DNA of 64,000 bases, from positions 23,081 to 87,080 of the forward strand of contig JAQXAV010000052.1 of the NCBI GenBank assembly GCA_029252725.1, given 5' to 3'. Within the stretch, counting starts at the first letter, position 1, and every line of letters starts with the position of its first letter. The position numbers and the translations under genes were made by a program. The notes below the pieces were generated by a model that saw nothing but the letters and a program-made list of their open reading frames with translations, was not told the origin of the DNA and ran no database searches. This DNA comes from Amylibacter sp. (lineage in GTDB: Bacteria > Pseudomonadota > Alphaproteobacteria > Rhodobacterales > Rhodobacteraceae). Below are positions 18,367-27,625 of this stretch, in pieces.

Positions 18367-19307
18367 GCTGCTATGCTCCGATTGTTAACACCCCACAGCC
18401 CAGTCAAAGACGGTCCGTCATGGTTGATCACATCACACTCATTGCTGAATACACGGCGCACGGCTTGTTCTTCAGTTGCCATTGCTAAATCACCATTTTG
18501 GTCTATCACAACTAACGGCTTCATCGCGAAGCGGTCTTTGGCAAAGCCAACCCCTTCTGTATTCGCAATCATGTAGGTAAAAACTCCATCAATGCTGCTA
18601 ATAGATTTTCTGAGCGCCTGTTCCATACTAAGTCCTGCTTTAATCTGGTCACTAACCCAAACTGCAATTAGCTCGCTGTCGTTCTCGGTTAGGAAGCGGT
18701 AACCTCGACGCTCCAGCTTATCCCGCCACGTATAATAATCTGTGATCTGGCCATTGTGGACAATCGCTACATCACTAAATGGACGCGCCCAAAACGGATG
18801 ACTTGCATTGGGCAGCACGCTAGACTCAGTCGCCAATCGCGCATGTCCTAAACCGTGCGTCCCTTGCATATCATGAACGCCGTGCTTGTCCGCCACTTCG
18901 GCAGAGCCACCCATGTCCTTGATGATCTCAAGTGAGCGCCCACAAGATTGAATTTCAATCCGATCCGTCAACTCATCCGCATCAGCAATCCAAGCGGCCA
19001 GATCGTTGGGATCTTTGATTTCCATACGAAAACAGTAGTGTTTATTAGCATCTTGAACAATCTTTGGCTCAGACAGTAAATCACTACCATTATCACGCAG
19101 AATGTTTGTAAAATCAGCCAAATCGGCATCCATCTGCATCTTACTAAACCCTATTCCCCTCAACACATATCCCACATCGCGCGGTGGGCCATAAATTGCA
19201 AACCCTGTGCTATCGGCTCCACGGTGTTCCTGTGCATCCATTAAGTCGACTAAATCACGGCCAACAGCGCCAACGCCCTGCATTATTCGTCCTGCAATTC
19301 CACACAT
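18363..19307 (-). CDS. Class II glutamine amidotransferase (MgsA/GlxB-like)
   Basis: Start MCGIAG (Cys2 nucleophile), HRGADSTG, GHARLATES, HPF, VHNGQITDY, ENDSE, GFAKDRFAMKP. Confidence 0.85.
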   Translation of the reverse strand: MCGIAGRIMQGVGAVGRDLVDLMDAQEHRGADSTGFAIYGPPRDVGYVLRGIGFSKMQMDADLADFTNILRDNGSDLLSEPKIVQDANKHYCFRMEIKDPNDLAAWIADADELTDRIEIQSCGRSLEIIKDMGGSAEVADKHGVHDMQGTHGLGHARLATESSVLPNASHPFWARPFSDVAIVHNGQITDYYTWRDKLERRGYRFLTENDSELIAVWVSDQIKAGLSMEQALRKSISSIDGVFTYMIANTEGVGFAKDRFAMKPLVVIDQNGDLAMATEEQAVRRVFSNECDVINHDGPSLTGLWGVNNRSIAA

Positions 19308-19327
19308 AAACAGACCCTCCACTTTCA

Positions 19328-19344
19328 TTGTATACTGTATACAG
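19328..19344. promoter_or_regulatory. Putative GntR/FadR-type operator between mgsA-like and gntR genes
   Basis: TTGTATACTGTATACAG; a further CTGTATACG copy lies at 19418-19426. Confidence 0.65.
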
Positions 19345-19451
19345 CCCAATAAAACAGGCAAGGAGAAAATGAGCGCTTGTGACACAGGGGTTTCGCTTGC
19401 CAGTGTATTTGTGGATTCTGTATACGGTTAAAAGGAAATAAAGGACCAAGC

Positions 19452-20114
19452 ATGAGCTTCAAAAGCATTCAACCCGCCCGTCGCCGCTTGGCAGACGAAG
19501 TTTATGACGAATTGATTGAGGCGATTATCCGCCGTGATGTTGGCCCTGGAGACAGCCTTGTTCAAGAAAAGCTCGCGAATGAAATGCAGATCAGCCGCAC
19601 CCCAGTGCGTGAAGCATTGATGCGGCTGGAAAGTGAGGGTGTGCTAGAAGTCTCCAACCGCGGCAGCTTCCGTCTGTATCAAATGGATGATGAAGAAGTC
19701 AAAGAGCTATATCAATCCCGCGCAGCAGTTGAAGGGCAATGCGCACGCATTCTGGCAGTAAACCATACACAAGACGACATCGACACTCTTCGCCACGTTG
19801 TCGAAAAGGAAGAGAATATCCCGGACAAAACAGCGCGAAGCTATTTTGAAGCCAACCGCAACATTCATATGGCCTTTGTAAAGCAAGCCAACAATCGTTT
19901 TCTCATGGATATGTTCAACATGATTTGGGGCAAAGCTTTGGTCTTTCCTCTTTTCGCCACCATTGAGAACGTCAAATTGGAAAAATCACTCGGCGATCAT
20001 ATGCAACTAATAGAAGTCATCGCCAGTGGCGACAAAACCGAAGCACTCGAAGTATTCACAGATCACATTCAAGACGGCTTCGACCTACAAATCAAAGGGT
20101 TGCACGCCAATTAG
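19452..20114 (+). CDS. GntR family (FadR/FCD) transcriptional regulator
   Basis: LADEVYDELIEAI...LVQEKLANEMQISRTPVREAL HTH, FCD-type NRNIHMAF and DHMQLIEVI. Confidence 0.9.
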   Translation: MSFKSIQPARRRLADEVYDELIEAIIRRDVGPGDSLVQEKLANEMQISRTPVREALMRLESEGVLEVSNRGSFRLYQMDDEEVKELYQSRAAVEGQCARILAVNHTQDDIDTLRHVVEKEENIPDKTARSYFEANRNIHMAFVKQANNRFLMDMFNMIWGKALVFPLFATIENVKLEKSLGDHMQLIEVIASGDKTEALEVFTDHIQDGFDLQIKGLHAN

Positions 20115-21133
20115 ATTTGCGCAGTAGTTACTCGCGCCACCAGCTCAGGCTGCAACTCCTCACGGCTAATGTCCAGGCTATCCCCCGCGATCAACCGTAC
20201 TATTAAATCCGCCGCCTGCCCACCAATGGTGCGTGCGGGCAAGCGCACTGTGCTCAGGGCAGGCTCCATATCTTTGGAACCTTTGAAATCACCAATCCCC
20301 ATGACACTTATATCTCCTGGTACACGCACCCCCATTTGCATTGCAGCATATAGACATCCCTGTGCGATCACGTCATTTCCACACAATAATGCACTCGGCC
20401 GATCTTTTTGTGACAATATTTCCAGACAAACGGCCTTCGCTTGAGACACACTGTAAGGCGTCATCCACTGCCTCGAAGGTGGCAACGAAATTCCAGCGGT
20501 GGCCAAAACCTCTTTGGCCCCGCGCAACCGATCAAACGATCGGTCGTTCCCTTGCGTATCCGGAAACACTGCACCAACATCTCTATGCCCTAGATCTAAC
20601 AGGTGCTGTGCTCCCATGCGGCCCGCCAGAAGATTTTGTGTGCCCACACATGATATCCTCGATCTTTCGTTGTAATTCCAAACAGCAACCACAGGCAATT
20701 TTTGCTGCTTCAGCAATAAAAATGTCTCTTCAGAATGCTCCAACCCAATTAGAGCGATACCATCCACGCGGTGTTCTAATAATTTACGTACCACCGCGTA
20801 TTCGCGCTCCAAGTCATACCCATGCGAAGTCATCAAAATCGTAAACCCCACCGACTCCAACTTTTCTGAAAACGACTGAACTAACTCGGCAAAGATCGCA
20901 TGATCAATCGTTGGCACCACCAACCCCACTGTCCCAGAGCGCTTCCCATGCATTGCCTGCGCCGCCCGATTACGGATGTACCCCAACCGTCTCACCGCAC
21001 GATCAATCTTCTTGCGAGTCGCAGGATTAACCAAGTCGGGGTGATTAAACGTCCGCGACACCGTCGATGCAGACACTTTTGCGGCTCGCGCAACAGTCGT
21101 AATATCAACCTTACTCTGATGTTTTTTAACCAT
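20111..21133 (-). CDS. LacI family transcriptional regulator
   Basis: ITTVARAAKVSASTVSR HTH, LGYIRN, NDVIAQG, DISVMGIGD, LSTVRLP. Confidence 0.9.
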   Translation of the reverse strand: MVKKHQSKVDITTVARAAKVSASTVSRTFNHPDLVNPATRKKIDRAVRRLGYIRNRAAQAMHGKRSGTVGLVVPTIDHAIFAELVQSFSEKLESVGFTILMTSHGYDLEREYAVVRKLLEHRVDGIALIGLEHSEETFLLLKQQKLPVVAVWNYNERSRISCVGTQNLLAGRMGAQHLLDLGHRDVGAVFPDTQGNDRSFDRLRGAKEVLATAGISLPPSRQWMTPYSVSQAKAVCLEILSQKDRPSALLCGNDVIAQGCLYAAMQMGVRVPGDISVMGIGDFKGSKDMEPALSTVRLPARTIGGQAADLIVRLIAGDSLDISREELQPELVARVTTAQI

Positions 21134-21158
21134 TAAAGTTATCCTAATAGCTAATTTT

Positions 21159-21186
21159 ATGAAAACATTTGCAAAACTATTTTCAT
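21159..21186. promoter_or_regulatory. Putative LacI-type operator between lacI and tctA
   Basis: ATGAAAACATTTGCAAAACTATTTTCAT: ATGAAAA/TTTTCAT inverted ends, and TGAAAACATTTGCA resembles the LacI-family TG-AANCGNT--CA consensus. Confidence 0.45.
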
Positions 21187-21251
21187 TCCATAGCTTGGTG
21201 CCTTACCAAAGGTCAACCAGCTGCCCTTTGAAAATTTCGTTTGGAGGCGGA

Positions 21252-22751
21252 ATGGAATTTATTTATTACTTCGGTGAGGTGTTTACCTTCTGGTCGTTCA
21301 GTCTGTTGTTACTTGGCACCATCTTTGGTCTGATATTAGGCGCAACCCCTGGCCTATCACCAACGATGGCGGTCGCTCTAGCAATCCCTTTCACATTCAA
21401 ACTAGAGCCAGCACAGGGTTTGATTTTATTGGGTGCACTGTACACATCCACCGTTGCTGGCGGTGCAGTCTCTGCAATTTTGTTAAAAATCCCCGGTGCG
21501 CCAGCAAACATTGCAACCACACTTGACGGTCACGCAATGGCGCAAAAAGGTGAAGGTGCTCGCGCGCTACAAGTTTCATTTCTAGCGTCTTTATTTGGTG
21601 GCGTCATCGGTGTCTTACTATTAATTTTCCTTACTCCAATTCTGGCGCAATGGGCGCTTGCGTTCGGCCCATCCGAGAGTTTTTGGGTCGCCATTCTTGG
21701 GGTTACCATTATTGGTACACTGGGCGGCGGATCAGTAGTCAAAGGTCTTCTTGCTGGTTGCATCGGTCTTTGGCTCTCAACAATCGGGTTTGACGATATC
21801 CTTGGAACACAACGGTTTATCTTTCACTCATCCCTCTCTGGTGGCATCAACATCATTGCCGCCCTCATAGGACTCTTCGCAATTCCACAGGTGATTTCCA
21901 TGTTTGCGAAGGGTCGCCAAACCCAAGACATGGAGGTAATTGACGTCAAACCCCATTCGCTGTTTAAATCTGTGCGTGAGGTTTTTTCCTCGGTCCGCGC
22001 CCTTGGCATCGGCACAACTGTGGGTTCCATCATTGGCCTTATTCCAGGTGTAGGTGGTCAAATCGCAGGCCTCGTAGCCTATGACCAATCCAAAAACTTC
22101 TCACCTGATCGCAAAAGATTTGGGAAAGGCCATCCCGAAGGGGTTATCGCCGCCGAAAGTGCGAACAACGCCATGGTCGGCCCCTCACTTGTACCGCTGC
22201 TCACGCTGTCGATCCCTGGCAGCCCAACAGCGGCTGTTCTCCTTGGTGGCCTTATAATTCATGGTATTTTCCCTGGCCCAAATATCTTTCGTGATTACCC
22301 AGCTGTGGTTTGGCCCTTCATCAACTCCATGCTAATCGGTCAGGTACTGATGTGTATTTTTGGCCTCGCCATCGCTGGCTACGCCGCACGCATTGCGAGA
22401 GTTCCACCTCATATCATGGCCGCCATCGTTCTTACGCTAGCAATCTTTGGCAGCTACTCGGTGCAAACCTCCATGAACGACGTTTATGTGATGATGATCC
22501 TAGGTGTCGGAATGTATTTCCTGGAACGCTACGGTTATTCGGCAGCTCCTCTGGTTCTCGGCCTAATCCTTGGGCCCATAGCCGAAGGCAACTTCGTCGA
22601 AGGCTCCATGATCGCTAACGCACAAAATGGTGTCGCCACCTATTTCCTCATGGGCACACTGAACTTGGTGTTAATCCTCATGGTCGTTGCCTCAATAAGC
22701 TATTCGGTCTGGTTAGAACTGCGTAGCAGCAAGGCAGGATTACCATCATGA
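21252..22751 (+). CDS. tctA: Tripartite tricarboxylate transporter large permease TctA
   Basis: GATPGLSPTMAVAL, GGAVSAIL.KIPG.P, GLIPGVG, AAESANNA, L.IPGSP, PLVLGLILG. Start set at MEFIYYF. Confidence 0.9.
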   Translation: MEFIYYFGEVFTFWSFSLLLLGTIFGLILGATPGLSPTMAVALAIPFTFKLEPAQGLILLGALYTSTVAGGAVSAILLKIPGAPANIATTLDGHAMAQKGEGARALQVSFLASLFGGVIGVLLLIFLTPILAQWALAFGPSESFWVAILGVTIIGTLGGGSVVKGLLAGCIGLWLSTIGFDDILGTQRFIFHSSLSGGINIIAALIGLFAIPQVISMFAKGRQTQDMEVIDVKPHSLFKSVREVFSSVRALGIGTTVGSIIGLIPGVGGQIAGLVAYDQSKNFSPDRKRFGKGHPEGVIAAESANNAMVGPSLVPLLTLSIPGSPTAAVLLGGLIIHGIFPGPNIFRDYPAVVWPFINSMLIGQVLMCIFGLAIAGYAARIARVPPHIMAAIVLTLAIFGSYSVQTSMNDVYVMMILGVGMYFLERYGYSAAPLVLGLILGPIAEGNFVEGSMIANAQNGVATYFLMGTLNLVLILMVVASISYSVWLELRSSKAGLPS

Positions 22752-23206
22752 ATCGCCTAGAACACGCCATTCCTGCGGGAGTTATTATGCTCGTCGGCCT
22801 TTGGGTCGCATGGATCAGCTTCACTCAAAACCCCGCCGAAGCTTTTTTGTTTCCACGCTTAATTTCAACGATTTTTTTGACACTCTCCATTTGGACCTTT
22901 GTTGCCGCGTGGGTCAAACCTTCAGAGGTAAACGCCACCATTTCCGCCACAACCTGGATGAACATTTTACCAGGCCTGATTATTGGTGCAATTTGTGTTT
23001 TTTGGATGGGCAAAGCATTTGGTTTTTACACCGCCAGCATCATTACGGTTTTCACACTGATTTCGTACTATGACCCAGCACCACATCGGCAGATCAGCAG
23101 TTGGATTAAGCGCATACTTATCACCGCAGGTTTCATCGCTGTGATGTACCTTTTATTTGCAATGCTCCTTGGCGTCTTCACTCCAAGGGAAACTCTGTTT
23201 CGCTAA
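22748..23206 (+). CDS. tctB: Tripartite tricarboxylate transporter small subunit TctB
   Basis: About four TM segments, FP motif, GFYTAS; ATGA overlap with tctA. Confidence 0.75.
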   Translation: MNRLEHAIPAGVIMLVGLWVAWISFTQNPAEAFLFPRLISTIFLTLSIWTFVAAWVKPSEVNATISATTWMNILPGLIIGAICVFWMGKAFGFYTASIITVFTLISYYDPAPHRQISSWIKRILITAGFIAVMYLLFAMLLGVFTPRETLFR

Positions 23207-23250
23207 ACAACCGCGCAACAGTTAACTAAGAACTCTCGGGAGGAGTTATC

Positions 23251-24219
23251 ATGAAGAAACTACTAGCAGGGGCAGCCATCGTGCTTGCCGCAATTACCGG
23301 AACTGCACAGGCTGAAAGCCACGCAAACTACCCGGATCGCCCAGTAATGATGGTTGTAAGCTATGGTGCTGGGGGTGCTACAGACTTTCAAGCACGCATC
23401 GTAACAATGACTGCTGGCAATAAGGACGCTCTTGGCATGCCAATTGCAATCCTTAATAAGCCGGGAGCAGGTGGCCGGGTTGGCTGGAACTGGTTCGCTA
23501 CTCAAGCCGAAGCAGATGGATATACATTATCTGCCTACAACGTACCGCACTTCATCGCGCAGTCGATCAAAGGTGGCGTTGAATACTCCACCGACAGCTT
23601 TGAGCCAATCGCAAACTGGGGCGCTGACCCTGCTGTTTTTGTTGTTGCGGCAGACAGCAAATTTAATTCTATGGCGGATGTAGTGGACTTCGCGAAAGCC
23701 AACCCCGGCAAACTTACTTTTTCCGGCGCAGGACTATTCGTGGGTCACCACATCGCAGCACTACAACTTGAAAAAGCAGCAGGCGTAAAATTAGCCTATA
23801 TCCCCAATAAGAAAGGTGGTGCTGGAGCTATGAAAGCCGTCGTTGCGGGCGAAGTGCTCGGTGGTGTTAACAACCTCTCCGACGCATTTCGCGCACGTGA
23901 AGCAGGCACTGTGAAAATACTTGGTGTGTTCGATCTTGAACGCAATTCGTTCATGGATGACGTTCCAACTATGAAGGAGCAGGGCTTTAACATCGACAAT
24001 GCATCCGTAAACTTCCGCGGTGTAATGGTTCCAAAAGGCACACCACAAGGTGTGATCGACAAACTGGCCGCAACTGTGCCTAGCATGTTCGAAAACGGTC
24101 GTGTTGCCAAACGTATGAAAGCTGGCGGTTCACCAATGGCAATTATGAACCGAGAAGAGGTTCAGGCTATGTGGGCCAAGCGCCAAGCAACATTGGAAGA
24201 ACTGCTCGCAGGTCTCTGA
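23251..24219 (+). CDS. tctC: Tripartite tricarboxylate transporter substrate-binding protein TctC
   Basis: Signal peptide, YPDRPV..VVSYGAGGATD, NKPGAGG, ADGYTL, GGGAGAM-like motif. Confidence 0.9.
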   Translation: MKKLLAGAAIVLAAITGTAQAESHANYPDRPVMMVVSYGAGGATDFQARIVTMTAGNKDALGMPIAILNKPGAGGRVGWNWFATQAEADGYTLSAYNVPHFIAQSIKGGVEYSTDSFEPIANWGADPAVFVVAADSKFNSMADVVDFAKANPGKLTFSGAGLFVGHHIAALQLEKAAGVKLAYIPNKKGGAGAMKAVVAGEVLGGVNNLSDAFRAREAGTVKILGVFDLERNSFMDDVPTMKEQGFNIDNASVNFRGVMVPKGTPQGVIDKLAATVPSMFENGRVAKRMKAGGSPMAIMNREEVQAMWAKRQATLEELLAGL

Positions 24220-24229
24220 TACTTCGTCG

Positions 24230-24261
24230 CCTTGGGTGGGGTTTGCTAAACCCACCCAAGG
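24230..24261 (+). terminator. Hairpin after tctC
   Basis: CCTTGGGTGGGGTTT-GCT-AAACCCACCCAAGG, 14-bp stem with one bulge. Confidence 0.55.
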
Positions 24262-24334
24262 TAAACAAACGGCGTTTTTCGTAAGACCCTATGTTTGGAT
24301 CTTACGAAAAACGCACAGAAACGGGAAATCTAAC

Positions 24335-25738
24335 ATGAATGTCCATGACGATCTGATCGCTGTAGATGACATCCTTAAGCGTGCCATTTCTGCACAAAGA
24401 GCATATGAGTCAGGCGCAACCCAAAACCGATACGATGGTGCGGCAAAAGCAGCAGCTTGGGCGATTATGGAACCCACACGCAACAAGACGCTAGCAGAAT
24501 TGGCCGTGGCGACTACTGGGCTTGGCAACGTTCCAGACAAAATCATCAAAAATCATCGTAAAACGTTGGGCTTGATGCGCGACATCGCTGGCGCAAAAAC
24601 ATGTGGCGTGGTATCCGACGACGTAACGTTAGGTATTACAGAAATCGCACGCCCCGTAGGCGTGGTGGGGGCAGTAGTACCCTCCACAAACCCCGCTGCA
24701 ACTCCCGCAAACAATATTATCAATGCTCTTAAAGGTGGCAACGCCATTATCGTGGCTCCATCACCCAAAGGTGTCGCTTCTTGCGAACTATTGCTTAGCT
24801 ACATTCATTCGGAGTTTGACAAACTCAACCTATCTCATGACCTTGTTCAAATGCTTCCCGCACCGGGATCAAAAGCGAAAACTCAGCGTATGATGGAGGG
24901 CGTCAACCGTGTAATCTGCACAGGAAGCCAAAACAACGTTGAACGCGCACAAACCTGCGGCACGCCCGCCATTGCAGTGGGTGCCGGAAACGTAACAGTG
25001 ATTGTTGATGAAACCGCTGACCTTGCAGCAACAGCTGAAAAAATTGCTGCGTCAAAAACCTTCGACAACGCTACATCTTGTTCATCAGAAAACGCCATCA
25101 TAGTCGTCGACTCAATCTACGATGCCTTTATCTCCGAGATGGCTAGAGCAGGTGGCGCGCTTATTAAAGATGAAGCACGTATCGTCGCAAAACTATGGCC
25201 CGACGGACACCTAAACCGCAAAGTTATAGCACAGGATGCCGACAAGATGCTCGTAGCGCTCGGTTTTGAAGGTGAAGTATCCTCCAACACAAAATTCCTC
25301 GCTGTGGAAACCAAAGGTATTGGCCCAGAACACCCACTATCCGGGGAAAAACTCAGCCGCGTTCTAGCAGTCTACCGCGCTAGCAACTTCAAAGCCGCGA
25401 CGCAAACGGCTAACAAAATCCTACACTACATGGGCGCTGGTCACTCCATCGGATTACACTCAACCGACGACAGTCGCGCGATTGCACTTGGCCAGTCCAT
25501 CCCTACATGTCGCGTCATTGTAAATCAGGCTCACTGTTTCGCTACAGGCGGTGCCTTTAACAACGGCATGCCATTTTCACTATCAATGGGCTGTGGAAGC
25601 TGGGGAGGAAACTCAATTGACGACAATCTAAACTGGAAACACTTTATCCAAACCACGAAAGTCATTCGCGAAATCCCCTCAGTGGAACCAGCCGTAGAAG
25701 ATATCTTTGCGGATTATTGGGCGGCGGTAGGAAAATGA
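24335..25738 (+). CDS. sauS: Acylating sulfoacetaldehyde dehydrogenase
   Basis: Acylating ALDH motifs (PSTNPAATP, SKTFDNATSCSSEN, GEKLS, GHSIGLHS, SMGCGSWG.NSIDDN) with ATGA coupling to an acyl-CoA ligase, the known sauST arrangement. Confidence 0.75.
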   Translation: MNVHDDLIAVDDILKRAISAQRAYESGATQNRYDGAAKAAAWAIMEPTRNKTLAELAVATTGLGNVPDKIIKNHRKTLGLMRDIAGAKTCGVVSDDVTLGITEIARPVGVVGAVVPSTNPAATPANNIINALKGGNAIIVAPSPKGVASCELLLSYIHSEFDKLNLSHDLVQMLPAPGSKAKTQRMMEGVNRVICTGSQNNVERAQTCGTPAIAVGAGNVTVIVDETADLAATAEKIAASKTFDNATSCSSENAIIVVDSIYDAFISEMARAGGALIKDEARIVAKLWPDGHLNRKVIAQDADKMLVALGFEGEVSSNTKFLAVETKGIGPEHPLSGEKLSRVLAVYRASNFKAATQTANKILHYMGAGHSIGLHSTDDSRAIALGQSIPTCRVIVNQAHCFATGGAFNNGMPFSLSMGCGSWGGNSIDDNLNWKHFIQTTKVIREIPSVEPAVEDIFADYWAAVGK

Positions 25739-27198
25739 AGGCACCGACAGGAACCGTCCGGGACTGGCTTGACAAACGAGCATTCAGCGATGCTGCCGCC
25801 TTTCTGTTCCCGGATGGCGAAGAGGCTCTCACATGGGGCGACGTACAAACCGAGGCCTCGCGAATTGCCGGTCATGTCACTGCACAAGGTGTTGCCAAAG
25901 GCGAGAGTGTCGCAGTCATGCATCCCAACGGACGCAGTGGCGTGATTGCACTGTTCGGCTTACTTTACGGTGGCTTTCGCGCCACCATGATTAACCTGGT
26001 GGCAGGTCAAGAAGCCATCACTTATGCACTTGAACACTCTGAGGCGCGATTTGCGTTTGTCCATGACCAAGCTGAAGCCCTGTTTCAAACCTCAGCCCAA
26101 AAAATCAAAAAATTATATCTTGATGACAGCCAGACCGCTTCACTGCACGACGTGTCCACCACTGACCATGCCCTACTGATGTACACTTCAGGCACCACGG
26201 GCCGCCCAAAAGGCGTTGTCCATACACACGCAAGCCTACTTGCAGGCGGCTGGACGCCTACGCTTGCCCATAACCTGACCGAGGTTGATCGCGGCTACTG
26301 TGTCCTGCCAATCTACCACATCAACGGCCTCTGCGTAACCGTCATGGGAACGCTGATTGCAGGTGGTTCCCTCGTAATGGTTCCAAAGTTCTCCGCTAGT
26401 AAGTTTTGGAACCATATCGAAGAAACAGGCGCCACCTGGTTTTCTGTGGTGCCAACAATCATCTCACACCTCTTGCACGGCAAAGCGACACCAGGGGAGC
26501 ACAAACTTCGTTTTGGCCGCTCTGCGTCTTCTGCACTAGCCCCCAAAACGCAAACCTTATTCGAAAACCGCTTCAAAGTACCGATAATCGAAACGATGGG
26601 ACTTACAGAAACTGCAGCTCAAATGCTCTCAAACCCGTTGCCCCCAGGCAATAGAAAGATTGGCTCACCAGGGGTTGCAGTCGGCAACGAAACCGAGATT
26701 CTTAACAACGACCTAAAAATAGTCACCGACGGATCTGAGGGTGAGATAGCAGTGCGTGGTCCAAATGTTATGCTAGAGTACTTGCACAATGCTGAAGCCA
26801 CCTCAGCAACTTTTACGCCCGACGGTTGGCTTCGCACTGGCGACTTGGGCCGCCGAGACAAAGACGGCTATTTCTACGTCACAGGCCGCCTTAAAGAGTT
26901 AATAATCAAAGGCGGCGAAAATATTGCACCACGTGAAATTGATGATGCACTTTACACCCACCCAGACGTAATTGAGGCTGCAGCCTTCGCCCGCCCCTGC
27001 GACAGCTACGGCGAACGGATCGAAGCCGCCGTTAAGCTCACAAACAATTCTAAGGCTACAATTGCGGACCTTCTGGACGTTTGTAGAACACGGCTGGGCA
27101 AATTCAAAAGTCCAGACACTATTCACCTCATGGACGAGTTGCCAAAGGGCCCTTCTGGAAAAATCCAACGCTTAAAGCTTGTTGAGCTTACAGGTTAA
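25735..27198 (+). CDS. sauT: AMP-binding acyl-CoA synthetase, probable sulfoacetate-CoA ligase
   Basis: YTSGTTGRPKG, LPIYHING, ETMGLTE, LRTGDLG, IIKGGENIAP, PSGKIQR; directly after sauS. Confidence 0.7.
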   Translation: MKAPTGTVRDWLDKRAFSDAAAFLFPDGEEALTWGDVQTEASRIAGHVTAQGVAKGESVAVMHPNGRSGVIALFGLLYGGFRATMINLVAGQEAITYALEHSEARFAFVHDQAEALFQTSAQKIKKLYLDDSQTASLHDVSTTDHALLMYTSGTTGRPKGVVHTHASLLAGGWTPTLAHNLTEVDRGYCVLPIYHINGLCVTVMGTLIAGGSLVMVPKFSASKFWNHIEETGATWFSVVPTIISHLLHGKATPGEHKLRFGRSASSALAPKTQTLFENRFKVPIIETMGLTETAAQMLSNPLPPGNRKIGSPGVAVGNETEILNNDLKIVTDGSEGEIAVRGPNVMLEYLHNAEATSATFTPDGWLRTGDLGRRDKDGYFYVTGRLKELIIKGGENIAPREIDDALYTHPDVIEAAAFARPCDSYGERIEAAVKLTNNSKATIADLLDVCRTRLGKFKSPDTIHLMDELPKGPSGKIQRLKLVELTG

Positions 27199-27276
27199 TT
27201 TACAAAAAATAAAATTTTTGTGATTTAAAAATGTAAAGAGCCCAAAATATGCCAACCCGCAATCGAGACCAACCAG

Positions 27277-27309
27277 AAAAAAGGGAATGAACCTGCATCC
27301 CCTTTTTTT
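27277..27309. terminator. Bidirectional intrinsic terminator between convergent sauT and DUF2312 genes
   Basis: AAAAAAGGG-AATG-AACCTG-CATC-CCCTTTTTTT. Confidence 0.6.
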
Positions 27310-27331
27310 GACTTAAACAGTAGAAATCAGG

Positions 27332-27625
27332 CTACATGCCAAGAGCTTCTTTGTAAATTTCAAGAACTGCTTCTTCCTCAGAAATCTCCGCAGGCTCACG
27401 TTTGCGCAAAGCCATAATTTTGCGTAACACCTTGACGTCGTAACCACGACCCTTGGCTTCCGCCATCACCTCTTTTTGTTGTTCTACGATGTCTTTCTTC
27501 TCGGCTTCTAGCCGCTCATAGCGCTCTACAAATGCACGCAATTCACCCGCAGCAACACGGTAGGATCCCTCACCAGCTACTGAAGTTTGACCAAAGCCTT
27601 GTACATCATCTAATACTTCTTCCAT
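27332..27625 (-). CDS. DUF2312 (UPF0335, GapR-like nucleoid-associated) protein
   Basis: YRVAAGELRAFVERYERLEAEKKDIVEQQKEVMAEAKGRGYDVKVLRKIMALRKR...EEEAVLEIYKEALGM. Confidence 0.9.
   Translation of the reverse strand: MEEVLDDVQGFGQTSVAGEGSYRVAAGELRAFVERYERLEAEKKDIVEQQKEVMAEAKGRGYDVKVLRKIMALRKREPAEISEEEAVLEIYKEALGM

Noticed and set aside
24335-25738. Treating this second acylating aldehyde dehydrogenase as BMC cargo
   Set aside because: It is coupled to an acyl-CoA ligase in a separate, oppositely oriented LacI/TTT unit and I saw no TGTATAC operator upstream.
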